Below are positions 18,099 through 27,059 of a DNA stretch of 37,606 nucleotides, piece by piece (the first letter of the stretch is position 1; every line of letters begins with the position of its first letter). The notes beneath the pieces are model-generated. The model did not search any database. It had not been told where the DNA came from and worked only from the letters and a program-made list of their open reading frames with translations. Source of the stretch: an uncultured Candidatus Saccharibacteria bacterium (GTDB taxonomy: Bacteria > Patescibacteriota > Minisyncoccia > Phycocordibacterales > DATDWN01); the NCBI GenBank assembly GCA_964469605.1, contig CAYXZA010000004.1, positions 1 to 37,606 on the forward strand, in the 5' to 3' direction. The translations under genes were made by a program, and so were the position numbers.

Positions 18099-19274
18099 TT
18101 ATGGTAGAAATTGTTTAAACCAAGATATTATAGGTTTAATTTTAGAAAATATATTTTTTGATGAATTGTTTTTATTTTCAAAGCCGTTTAGACCAATAAC
18201 AGTTAGTCCATAAGCAACAGACCAAGTTGAATCTATGACTTTACCTTTTTCATTTATATTTATATTTGCGATCCTAGATGGTAAACGGAGAGTTGCTCTG
18301 GCTAGATCCTCTATTGTTGCAATATTTGAACCTCCTCCTGTTATAAATATTCCTGCTGGTAAAATAGCATTTTTACCTATCTTTTTTAGATGATTTTCTA
18401 TAACTTCAAACATATCATACACTCTGGCTTGTATAATCTCGTCTAGTTTTTTCTTTGAAACATTTGTTTGAGTCAAGACACCTTTTTTAATATTTTCAGC
18501 CTCTTCTATTGAAACTTTTAGACCCAAAGCAATATCATTTGTAACATCCGATGCACCTATTGGAAAAACTTCTAGTGAAATCGGATTATTATCCTCAAAG
18601 ACAACCACTGAAACTGTTTCAGCACCAATATTTACAAGAACACAACCTGCTATTTTTTGACTTTTTGTCAATACAACAGTTGATGCAACGATAGGTGAAG
18701 CTAAGACATCAATAACTGAAATACCACAACTTTCAACAGCTTCAACTATGTCTATAAAATGCTGTTCAATACAGGTAACATAAAGACATTTGACTTCCAA
18801 TTTTGTTCCTTTCATAGAAAGAGGAGTATTTCCTAAAACAGTCTTGCCATCGATTTTATAATGAAGGGGAACTGTGTGCAGTATTTTTCTATTTTGGATA
18901 TAAACTTTATCAATATTTTCTTCAGCTGACTCAAAAGCTCTGTTTATATCTAAATCTGTTATTTCAAGATCAGCTCTGGATATAATACTGTTCCCAGAAG
19001 AAAAGAAAGATTGCAAACCCTCACCTCCAATAGAAACAAGAGCTTCATTTATTTTGAAACCTATCATTTTCTCAGCCTTAGAAACGGCTGTCATAACACT
19101 GTCTCTGACATCTTCTGTGTTTATAATATAGCCATGACGAAGACCTTTTGATTCTGCTAGGGTATTTGCCAATATTTTAAAATTCTTTTTAGAATTTTCA
19201 TATACGAGTTCAGAGACAACCACTTTAACTTGGTATGTTCCGATATCTATGCCAACTTTAATATCTCTGGACAT
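18099..19274 (-). CDS. ftsA: cell division protein FtsA
   Basis: Actin-like ATPase motifs (GIDIGT, ITGGGS) and gene order ftsA then ftsZ. Confidence 0.9.
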   Translation of the reverse strand: MSRDIKVGIDIGTYQVKVVVSELVYENSKKNFKILANTLAESKGLRHGYIINTEDVRDSVMTAVSKAEKMIGFKINEALVSIGGEGLQSFFSSGNSIISRADLEITDLDINRAFESAEENIDKVYIQNRKILHTVPLHYKIDGKTVLGNTPLSMKGTKLEVKCLYVTCIEQHFIDIVEAVESCGISVIDVLASPIVASTVVLTKSQKIAGCVLVNIGAETVSVVVFEDNNPISLEVFPIGASDVTNDIALGLKVSIEEAENIKKGVLTQTNVSKKKLDEIIQARVYDMFEVIENHLKKIGKNAILPAGIFITGGGSNIATIEDLARATLRLPSRIANININEKGKVIDSTWSVAYGLTVIGLNGFENKNNSSKNIFSKIKPIISWFKQFLP

Positions 19275-19305
19275 TTATAAAATATGGCAGAAAAATAGAT
19301 TAAAA

Positions 19306-19698
19306 TTATTTCCTTCTTTCAAAAAATTTTGAAAAAAATTTATCTTCTAATTCTTCCATTGTACTACTATGTTCCATTCCTTTCAAATGAAGCAAACCGT
19401 GGATAAATAAAAAACCAACAAATTCTTTAAAATTTTTATTAAATAAATGAGCTTGTCTTTTGGCTTTTTGTGAAGTTATAAATATTTCTCCTTCGTTTTT
19501 AGATATAGGAAAAGATAATATATTTGCAACTTTATTTTTATCTCTGTATTTTTTATTTAAATTTTTTGACCTTCTTTCACCAATAAAAACCAAAGATAGA
19601 TTGTATTTTGACCCCAAAATCTCATTTTTAATAACTTCAAAAGGTAGATCAAAAACCTTTGTTTTTGTAAAATTAGATATATTGAAAAAATCAGACAT
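19306..19698 (-). CDS. ybeY: endoribonuclease YbeY
   Basis: HGLLHLKGMEH matches the H3xH5xH metal-binding motif. 130 aa. Confidence 0.85.
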   Translation of the reverse strand: MSDFFNISNFTKTKVFDLPFEVIKNEILGSKYNLSLVFIGERRSKNLNKKYRDKNKVANILSFPISKNEGEIFITSQKAKRQAHLFNKNFKEFVGFLFIHGLLHLKGMEHSSTMEELEDKFFSKFFERRK

Positions 19699-19935
19699 TT
19701 ATCTCTTTGAAACTTCTTTTAATTTTCCTTCTTTTATAAGAGATTCTCTCTCAGTTCTTTTTGATAGGACTTTTAAAGCTTTTTTCTTTCTAACATATTT
19801 TGAAAGCTGTCTTGAAGCATATCTTATACTTCTTAGACGAGGCAAAACACCAGAACTTTGAACTTTCTTAGTAAATCGTCTCAATATTGAAAGGTTGTTT
19901 TCGGCACCGTTTTTTGTTATTTCAAGATTTATCAT
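19699..19935 (-). CDS. rpsU: 30S ribosomal protein S21
   Basis: RFTKKVQSSGVL..RYASRQLSKYVRKKKALK: basic, S21-like. The likely start is the Met of MINLEI at 19935; the ORF track extends to 19953. Confidence 0.75.
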   Translation of the reverse strand: MINLEITKNGAENNLSILRRFTKKVQSSGVLPRLRSIRYASRQLSKYVRKKKALKVLSKRTERESLIKEGKLKEVSKR

Positions 19936-19979
19936 AGGTTTACATATTATCACAAATAGAAATTTATATCAAGGAAGAT

Positions 19980-21206
19980 TTAAAGGTTTTTAAGATGTTT
20001 TGCCAGATGCTCTATCGAGACATTTTGTTGTTCTCTGATATCAACAGATCTAACTATTACAGAATTATCAACTGCTTCTTTTTGACCGATTATTAAAATA
20101 TGAGAAACTTTCAGATTTTCAGCATAATTTACCTGACTTGTTATCTTGTCTTTTGTTAAAGAGTGCAATACTGGTATTTTTTCTTTTCTCAATTTTTCTA
20201 TAACATTTAAAACTTTTAGTTTGGCCAGATTTCCTATTTGCATTATGTAAAACTTTGGTTTAGAAATTTTTGATAAAACAATTTTTTTATCTTTAACTTT
20301 TTTGTTGTAATAGACAGTAGCACCAAAACAAGGAACATCTTTTTTGTAACCAATTTTTTTCGCTAAGTAGTTATATCGTCCACCTTCGGCAAGTAAAAAT
20401 CTTTCATCTCCCTTTTTACCACTAACAGTCTCATATATTTTGAATACAAAATGAGAACCATAATTTTTATTTGGTATAAGAGAATTGTTTATAAAATAAG
20501 GAACAGAAAATACATCTAGAAACTCCAAAACTTCTGTTAGGTAGATTCTGCTTTGTTCTGTTAAACAACTGATAGGTGTTGGAACAGTTAGATCATCTGG
20601 AATATCTTGCTGGTTTTCAAGTAAAGAAAAAGGATTGTTTTTTATCTTTTGTTTTAAAGTTTTACTGAAACTCCCACTGTTTTTCTTTATAAAAGAAGAG
20701 ATATCTTTTTCAAATTTAGAAAAAGACTCTTTGTCACCGACACAATTTACCTCTATTGATAAGTTAGAATGTCCGTAGTCTTCTAGTATGGCCAAAGCTG
20801 TTTTTATAACCAAAGCTTCAGCTAGTGTCTTATTTGTTCCAAAAACCTCCAATCCGCATACACCAAAATTTTTAGAAGAAGATGGTTTTTTGAAATAAAA
20901 CATAGAAGGGTTTGATGATTTGGAAAGCCCTGACTCTTCATAAAATCTCAAAAGGGAAATTCTTTCCATAGCCTGATCTTTGTTTATATTCTGATCTTTT
21001 ATTGCTTTAAATTTTAATTCATCTTCTTTTGTTGGTTTTATATTGAAAACAGGATTAAAACCAAAATGAAAAGCAACTGAACCAGATAAATCAACTTCGT
21101 CTAATTTTACAGACTTTAAATCAAAAAATTTATTTTGACTACTATCTGTTTTCTTTTCCATCTCTTTTTCCGTATCTATTTTTTTTTCTTTTTTATTTTT
21201 TTTCAT
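19980..21206 (-). CDS. histidyl-tRNA synthetase-like class II aaRS paralog with degenerate catalytic motifs
   Basis: Aligns by eye to HisRS from motif 2 onward (EVNCVG~ELNSIG; GGRYNYL~GGRYDGL; PCFGATV~PAVGFAM) and has a C-terminal anticodon-binding domain. The motif-1 region is absent or replaced by a K/E-rich N-terminus. Motif-2 arginines are lost (FYFKKPSSSKNF). The RGLDYY histidine-binding motif is absent. Confidence 0.6.
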   Translation of the reverse strand: MKKNKKEKKIDTEKEMEKKTDSSQNKFFDLKSVKLDEVDLSGSVAFHFGFNPVFNIKPTKEDELKFKAIKDQNINKDQAMERISLLRFYEESGLSKSSNPSMFYFKKPSSSKNFGVCGLEVFGTNKTLAEALVIKTALAILEDYGHSNLSIEVNCVGDKESFSKFEKDISSFIKKNSGSFSKTLKQKIKNNPFSLLENQQDIPDDLTVPTPISCLTEQSRIYLTEVLEFLDVFSVPYFINNSLIPNKNYGSHFVFKIYETVSGKKGDERFLLAEGGRYNYLAKKIGYKKDVPCFGATVYYNKKVKDKKIVLSKISKPKFYIMQIGNLAKLKVLNVIEKLRKEKIPVLHSLTKDKITSQVNYAENLKVSHILIIGQKEAVDNSVIVRSVDIREQQNVSIEHLAKHLKNL

Positions 21207-21798
21207 CTTCTGTAAATAAGCCAGGATTTATGTCTATTTGTCCAACAGGAAGTAGTCTCGCAATAGGTTTACCTAAAACATCAAATCTCGGCACTGTTCC
21301 AAAATATCTAGAATCAAAACTATCTCTTCTGTTATCTCCCATAACAAAATATTCATCATTTTTTAAAGAAAAACTCATATTGTCTATCTTTGGCAACTTA
21401 ACATAATCTTCTGAAAGTTTAATCCCTTCAGGATTTTTATCGTTGTATATAGTTACAATACCGTCATTTATGACAATCTTTTCATTTGGCAAACCTATAA
21501 TTCTTTTTAGAAAATCCCTAGAAGTGTCGTTTGGATAAGCTAAGACAATAACATCAAATCTTTTTGGATCATTGAATTTGTATGATATTTTATCAACAAT
21601 AAGATAGTTTCCAGTTTGAAATGTTGGATACATAGAAGATCCTGAAACTATATAAGGTTCGGCTATAAATTTCCTAAAAGGCATAACAATACCCACAGCA
21701 ATAATGGCGAAAATTACAATCTCTTTTAAAATTTTCTTTAAGTTAGATTCTCTTTTTAAGTTACTATCTGTGTCGTTTGAGACAGGTATATTTTGCAT
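21193..21798 (-). CDS. lepB: signal peptidase I
   Basis: VSGSSMYPTF (catalytic Ser box), KRIIGLPNE (Lys box), MGDNRRDSFDSRYFG. Confidence 0.88.
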   Translation of the reverse strand: MQNIPVSNDTDSNLKRESNLKKILKEIVIFAIIAVGIVMPFRKFIAEPYIVSGSSMYPTFQTGNYLIVDKISYKFNDPKRFDVIVLAYPNDTSRDFLKRIIGLPNEKIVINDGIVTIYNDKNPEGIKLSEDYVKLPKIDNMSFSLKNDEYFVMGDNRRDSFDSRYFGTVPRFDVLGKPIARLLPVGQIDINPGLFTEDEKK

Positions 21799-21860
21799 AT
21801 AAATATAATATTATAAAATCAAATTTGACACAAGTTTATTTATTATTTTATAATATTTTT

Positions 21861-22454
21861 ATGAAATTTATTATTTTTGGATTAGGAAACCCAGGATCAG
21901 AATACGAGAACAATAGGCACAACACTGGAAGGATAATAATTAAAAATATTGCAAGCTTGTTTGACTGTGAAGATTTTGAAGTTGATAAAAATATAAATGC
22001 AGATAAAACTTCTGTAAAAATGCCTAAAAATTCTATATCTTTTATTCTGCCAAATACTTTTATGAACAAAAGTGGTGATGTTTTAAAGAAAATGAAGTTA
22101 GAGAAAAAAGACTCTAAAAATATTATCGTGGTATATGATGATCTTGACCTTCCTTTTGGTAAGATGAAATTTTCTTTCAATAAATCATCTGGTGGACACA
22201 AAGGCTTAGAATCAATAATCAAATCAATAAAAACAGAAGAGTTTTATAGAATAAGAGTAGGTATATCAAAAACCACACAAGCTGGAAAAATTAAAAAACC
22301 GAAAGGACCAGAAGATGTCATTTCTTATGTGATGAAAAATTTTAATGAAGATGAGCTAAAAGAGTTAAAAAAAATATCAAAAAAGATTAAAGAGGGAATT
22401 GAGGTTTTTACAAAAGAAGGTTACGAAAAAACAGCAACTTTTTTAAACAGTTAA
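21861..22454 (+). CDS. pth: peptidyl-tRNA hydrolase
   Basis: MKFIIFGLGNPGSEYENNRHNTG, the canonical Pth N-terminus. The ORF track begins at 21777 and would overlap the divergent lepB start, so the ATG at 21861 is the more plausible start. Confidence 0.88.
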   Translation: MKFIIFGLGNPGSEYENNRHNTGRIIIKNIASLFDCEDFEVDKNINADKTSVKMPKNSISFILPNTFMNKSGDVLKKMKLEKKDSKNIIVVYDDLDLPFGKMKFSFNKSSGGHKGLESIIKSIKTEEFYRIRVGISKTTQAGKIKKPKGPEDVISYVMKNFNEDELKELKKISKKIKEGIEVFTKEGYEKTATFLNS

Positions 22455-22501
22455 TCAAAAAACCACCTTGCTGGGTGGTTTTTTGATATTTCCTTTGTAA
22501 A

Positions 22502-23674
22502 TTACTTCTTCTCTACAAAAGAAAGAGTCATTTTTTGTTCTTTTGGATCAAATAATGTGATTTTGAAATCATATCTTTTACCCAATTCTAGTTTTTCTCT
22601 TAGTTTTTCTTCGCTACCAAATTCTGATATATGAACAAGACCAGCAACCCCTTCCTCTATAGATGCCAAAGCTCCGTGTTTATTAAACTTGATAACAACA
22701 GCTGGAACAATATCATCTTTTTTGTATTTAGCAGAAGCACTTTGCCAAGGATTTTCTTTCAAAGCTTTAACAGAAAGAGATATTTTTCCGTCTTTTATTT
22801 CTATTATTTTCGCTTTTATTTTTTCTCCAACATTAAATAACATTTTCAAGTTATCTACAAGTGCCCAATCTACCTCTGAAATATGCACCAAGCCTTCCAA
22901 ACCTTCCTCTATTTTGACAAAAAGACCAAAATCAACAATACCTGTAACTTCTCCTGAGATAACATCTCCAACTTGATACTTGTCTGTCATATTTTCTTTG
23001 ACCTTCTCATTTGAACTCTTTTCAGAGAAAATAAGTTTACCTTCTTTTGGTGATGCACCTATTATAGATACAGCAATTTTTTGACCAACAAACTTTTTTA
23101 ACTCTTCTAAAATTCTATCTTTATCTCCATCTGAAACTCTAGGATAGTGTTCTGTTTTTAACTGTGATGCTGGCAAAAATCCAAGTATACCTTGCCAAGA
23201 AAGCATAAGACCCCCTTTGTTTGCATCAGAAACATTTAGCTCAAAGATTTTACCATCTCTTATGGCATCTTCTGCTTCTGTCCAGATAAGTGCTTGTCTA
23301 GCTTCTTTTAGAGATATCTCATAGTATCCATCTTCATTTGATATTGAAATAACCTTACCAGCAATAGAATCACCGATGTTTATCTTTTTTATAATATCTC
23401 TGGCACTTATATACTCTTTACCAAAAATAATACCTGTTCCGAAAGGTTTTACATCAACATAAACAGCATTTTTATCTAAACCAATAACAGTTCCTTCAAC
23501 AATATCATCAACATTTGGTGGAGTTTTTGAATCCGCCAATATTTTGTTCATAATACTAGAAGTCACTACTGGCTTTTTATCATCAACTTCTTCGTTAATA
23601 TTTGTTTTTTTAATTTCGTCTGACATTTTTTTATAATGAAAAAACGATCCGAGGCTTTTTGAAAAAAATTTCAT
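22502..23674 (-). CDS. rpsA: 30S ribosomal protein S1 (short, four S1 domains)
   Basis: Repeated S1-domain signatures (G..V.G.V..I..FG.FV.I..G..GL.HISE) four times. An alternative start exists at 23626 (MSDEIKK). Confidence 0.78.
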   Translation of the reverse strand: MKFFSKSLGSFFHYKKMSDEIKKTNINEEVDDKKPVVTSSIMNKILADSKTPPNVDDIVEGTVIGLDKNAVYVDVKPFGTGIIFGKEYISARDIIKKINIGDSIAGKVISISNEDGYYEISLKEARQALIWTEAEDAIRDGKIFELNVSDANKGGLMLSWQGILGFLPASQLKTEHYPRVSDGDKDRILEELKKFVGQKIAVSIIGASPKEGKLIFSEKSSNEKVKENMTDKYQVGDVISGEVTGIVDFGLFVKIEEGLEGLVHISEVDWALVDNLKMLFNVGEKIKAKIIEIKDGKISLSVKALKENPWQSASAKYKKDDIVPAVVIKFNKHGALASIEEGVAGLVHISEFGSEEKLREKLELGKRYDFKITLFDPKEQKMTLSFVEKK

Positions 23675-23754
23675 AAAAGTTTAGCTCAAATCTACAAACT
23701 TATAATAGGACTATTGTATAATAAAAAGCCCCTAAAAGCAACTAACCCTATGTG

Positions 23755-25839
23755 TTAAAATATGTCTGCCAAAACATCTCCTATAAGGCTGTCCACGTCA
23801 ACACCTTTGCCATTTTGAAGATCTGTAATCTTATTAGCCAATTCTTTATGTAATTTTATTAAAACTTCGTCTTCAGTTGTTAAACTATCGCCAATAAATT
23901 CTTGACATAATTTATGCATTTTTATCTTTGCTCTAGATGTATTCCATAATTCTACATAAACAACAAGCCAATTTTTATTTGAAATTCCATCTCTTAAAGA
24001 TTTATACTGTGATTCAATATAACTTCTTAACCCTGTTATTATCCCCAATAATCTACTCGGATTATCTTTAGAATCAAGTGGCTCTACTCTTAACACTTCT
24101 TCTATTTCTCTAACTTTTTCCATTTGGACTGAAGCAATTTGTATGTGCATGCTTTTCAAGTTTAAAATTAAACTTTTTATTAAAGCCAAATCTTCTGTTA
24201 ATGCTCTGTGAGCCTCCGCTGTCATAATTCTTTGATTCTCAGCAGGATGTAAAGGTTTATTTGGTTTATCTATAGGCCTTGCTTCTCTTGGTTTTTCTGG
24301 CACTTTCGGTGGCTCAATATTTTCAACTGGACTCGCCATCCTTGCAAAAGCAGCCGCCATACTGCCAGATTGAACACTAAAACCAACTCTTGGAACATGC
24401 ACATCCCTCTCATTTTCTCTATCTATTTTTTCCAACTCATCTTTTATTTCTAAAAGATTTTTTTCTGCCCTGCTAAAATTCGGAGTTTGATTTGGCATAC
24501 AATACCCCCCTTTACCTTCTAAAATATCTTTAGCCTCAAGCCATTTTGTACTCAATTCTAAAAACCTTCCCTCAGTAATTATGCCTCGAGAATCAAAAAG
24601 ATTTGCTTTCAATTTTAGTGCCACAAGTTCACCAACTTCTGTTTTCAAAAGTAAAATCGCATCTCCTTCTAATGGCACACTATTAGGATTTCCATGCTCC
24701 ATAAAATACCAAAAATCGTCTTCTCTTTGTTTTAAAAATTGCTTTTTCTCTGAATCAACCTCTTCAGAAATTTTTCCTGTATTATCAAACTCTGGCTCTC
24801 CTCTAAATGCTTTATATAATTCAGCAATATGCATACTTGGACAATCAGCTCGTTCATATGAAATCCCCCACTTTTGGTTAGAGCTATAACCACATCTATC
24901 TTTTAAAAACTGTAAAGCTTGAGGGGATAAATTTCCAGACCAAGATTTCCAAGTTTTCCAATCACCAGTCAATAACCAAACAGCTTCTTGCTCTATATGT
25001 TCTTTATATTTTCTTTGACCTCCATAAAATTTAACTTTTTCTTCGTCGTGTATGAATGCAGTTAATTCTTTTTTATTTCTATTTGATAACTCTTCCGCAT
25101 GATACTCCCTTACAGTTTTACCTTTAGGATCACCTTGTCCCGGAAGTCTATTCCATTCATTGTCACCACCTAACACAGTATTTACTTTTTGTCTTTCTTC
25201 AACATATTTTGATAACTCATCCAAAAGTCCACCTTTAATATCTTTTAATAATTGAGCAGCGGAGCGAATATCAGGCTTGTTTTCAGTAACCGCTACCGTC
25301 CTTGCTGGACGCATGCCATCAGGCGATTCTCCAAAACTTTCCATAGAATTCCTTGTTATGTTTCCGCTTAATTGAATGTCCGGCATTCTACCTCTTTCCA
25401 TCTCTTTGCCTATTAAAAATAATTCACAGGTATCAGAAATTGGCTCAAATTTATTGGTTTTTATATTGTATCTTTCCCTTGGCTTATAAGCATAGCCTTT
25501 GGGAAGATCGTGGGCATTTTTTACCCCAACCCCATTAAGCCAAGTGCTTATAATACCTGCAAATTCATGAGCAAAAATCTGCACCTCTAAAGTATAACGT
25601 TCTGGTTCTTTTTCATATCTTCCAACCAAACTTTCAATACCCGCTTGCGGATTTTCTTGTTCTTTCATAAACCTCTTTACTACTGGATAATATATTTTAG
25701 AAATACTTGCATCTGATTGAAAAAATTCTCCTAAAGGCTGGTAATCTGGCTTACGAAAAAGTGTTTTTTCCGGTGAAGTAGGATTTTTTATATCTCCAGC
25801 ATTAAAAAAAGTATTTGATTCATTAAAAGGTCTGGACAT
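23755..25839 (-). CDS. large hypothetical protein (694 aa), Trp- and charge-rich, no recognisable family
   Basis: Long uninterrupted ORF. Noticeably higher GC than neighbouring genes. No motif known to me. Divergently arranged to the MBL-fold gene. Confidence 0.6.
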   Translation of the reverse strand: MSRPFNESNTFFNAGDIKNPTSPEKTLFRKPDYQPLGEFFQSDASISKIYYPVVKRFMKEQENPQAGIESLVGRYEKEPERYTLEVQIFAHEFAGIISTWLNGVGVKNAHDLPKGYAYKPRERYNIKTNKFEPISDTCELFLIGKEMERGRMPDIQLSGNITRNSMESFGESPDGMRPARTVAVTENKPDIRSAAQLLKDIKGGLLDELSKYVEERQKVNTVLGGDNEWNRLPGQGDPKGKTVREYHAEELSNRNKKELTAFIHDEEKVKFYGGQRKYKEHIEQEAVWLLTGDWKTWKSWSGNLSPQALQFLKDRCGYSSNQKWGISYERADCPSMHIAELYKAFRGEPEFDNTGKISEEVDSEKKQFLKQREDDFWYFMEHGNPNSVPLEGDAILLLKTEVGELVALKLKANLFDSRGIITEGRFLELSTKWLEAKDILEGKGGYCMPNQTPNFSRAEKNLLEIKDELEKIDRENERDVHVPRVGFSVQSGSMAAAFARMASPVENIEPPKVPEKPREARPIDKPNKPLHPAENQRIMTAEAHRALTEDLALIKSLILNLKSMHIQIASVQMEKVREIEEVLRVEPLDSKDNPSRLLGIITGLRSYIESQYKSLRDGISNKNWLVVYVELWNTSRAKIKMHKLCQEFIGDSLTTEDEVLIKLHKELANKITDLQNGKGVDVDSLIGDVLADIF

Positions 25840-25924
25840 ATATAATATATATATTAAAATTTTCTATATATAAATTATAAATATTCTTTATTTAAAAATC
25901 AAATTTAAAAAAGATAATAAAAAT

Positions 25925-25953
25925 TTGACAAAAATATTGCAATATGCAATAAT
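25925..25953 (+). promoter_or_regulatory. promoter-like element TTGACA-17-AATAAT
   Basis: TTGACA 25925-25930, 17-nt spacer, AATAAT 25948-25953. A GC-rich hairpin begins about 5 nt downstream. Confidence 0.4.
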
Positions 25954-25957
25954 GACT

Positions 25958-26052
25958 GTGTCACCTTAACTCTGGGGGAGGAGAGGTGACACACAGCCCG
26001 GATAGCTCAGAGGTTACCACGCACGGCCTCTTTGCTTCCGGGCTTGAACTTT
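25958..26052 (+). ncRNA. candidate small RNA or leader: a GC hairpin plus a tRNA-5'-half-like hairpin
   Basis: Hairpin gtgtcacc/ggtgacac (25958-25992). Then GCCCGGA-TAGCTCAGAGGTTA...TCCGGGC (25996-26043): its first about 22 nt look like a tRNA acceptor plus D-arm, but the element is only 48 nt. Followed by T-rich sequence. Confidence 0.35.
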
Positions 26053-26095
26053 TTAAAAAATTTAACTTTTTTTATTTCTTTGTTATAATAGATGT

Positions 26096-26734
26096 ATGAT
26101 AATTACACATCACGGAGTAGATTCATTTAAAGTTTCTTTTGGGGAAACTGTTATATCCATAAATCCAGTCTCAAAAGATTCTGATTTTAAAAGTAGTCGT
26201 TTTGGAGCAGATATTGTTTTGATATCTAGCAATGACACAGAACACAATGGAGCCGAAAATAATTTAAGACAAGACAAAGAAACATTTATAATATCCGGCC
26301 CAGGAGAATATGAAGTTTCTGGTATTTTTATAAAAGGATTTTTATCTAAAACAAATTACAAAAAAGAAGATGGGGTAAATACAGTTTACACTATCTCTAT
26401 GGAAGGTATGAACCTTGTATTTTTAGGTTCGCTTAGTGAAAACACTTTAAATTCAGAAGTTAAAAAAGCTACTGAAAACTGCGATATTTTGTTTTTACCA
26501 ATAGGTGCGGATGGGGTTTTAGATCCTTCTACTGCACAAAAAATAGCAGTTCAGTTTGAACCTAGAATCATCATACCTAGTCATTTTGGTCAAATAGGCG
26601 AAAAAGGTTGTCTTGAAAAATTTCTGAAAGAATCAGGAGGTGAAAAAGCTCAAAGACTTGAAAAACTGACCATAAAGAAAAAAGATATAGAAACAATGGA
26701 AGGTGAAGTTATAGTTTTAGAACCACAAATTTAA
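26096..26734 (+). CDS. metal-dependent hydrolase, metallo-beta-lactamase fold (UPF0173-like)
   Basis: MIITHHGVDSFKV start and overall pattern typical of small MBL-fold hydrolases. TGnTATAAT extended -10 at about 26073-26081. Confidence 0.65.
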   Translation: MIITHHGVDSFKVSFGETVISINPVSKDSDFKSSRFGADIVLISSNDTEHNGAENNLRQDKETFIISGPGEYEVSGIFIKGFLSKTNYKKEDGVNTVYTISMEGMNLVFLGSLSENTLNSEVKKATENCDILFLPIGADGVLDPSTAQKIAVQFEPRIIIPSHFGQIGEKGCLEKFLKESGGEKAQRLEKLTIKKKDIETMEGEVIVLEPQI

Positions 26735-27016
26735 ATGTTTTTTAAATATTTAGAAAAAATAAGAAATCTGGGTGAAAAAAATAAAAAAATTATAGCTTTC
26801 TTTTTGTCTTTATTTTTAACTGGGGTTATTTTTGTATTTTGGCTTGTATTTTGGCTTCCAAATGATTTAAATAGGGTAAAACATCAAAACAAGAGTTTCT
26901 CAAAAGAAGAAAGTCCACTTGACACTATTAAAAAACAATTTTCTACAATATCCGAACAGTTTAAAGATATAAGAAAAAATTTATCTGGAACAGTTGAGTA
27001 TTCTCAATCTAAATGA
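26735..27016 (+). CDS. small single-pass membrane protein, hypothetical
   Basis: 93-aa ORF with one hydrophobic helix. Start abuts the previous stop. Confidence 0.4.
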   Translation: MFFKYLEKIRNLGEKNKKIIAFFLSLFLTGVIFVFWLVFWLPNDLNRVKHQNKSFSKEESPLDTIKKQFSTISEQFKDIRKNLSGTVEYSQSK

Positions 27017-27059
27017 AAATAGACTAAAATTATACTTTTTGATAAAATAATCAAACATT

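Noticed and set aside
22631-22976. + strand ORFs inside rpsA, and 24581..24889 and 25353..25538 inside the 694-aa gene.
   Set aside because: Embedded antisense ORFs without signals. The long - strand ORFs are far more credible.
25996-26043. A genuine tRNA gene.
   Set aside because: Only 48 nt. The acceptor-like stem and D-arm-like start are present, but there is no anticodon arm and no T-arm (GTTCGAATC-like). At best it is a tRNA-derived fragment or mimic.
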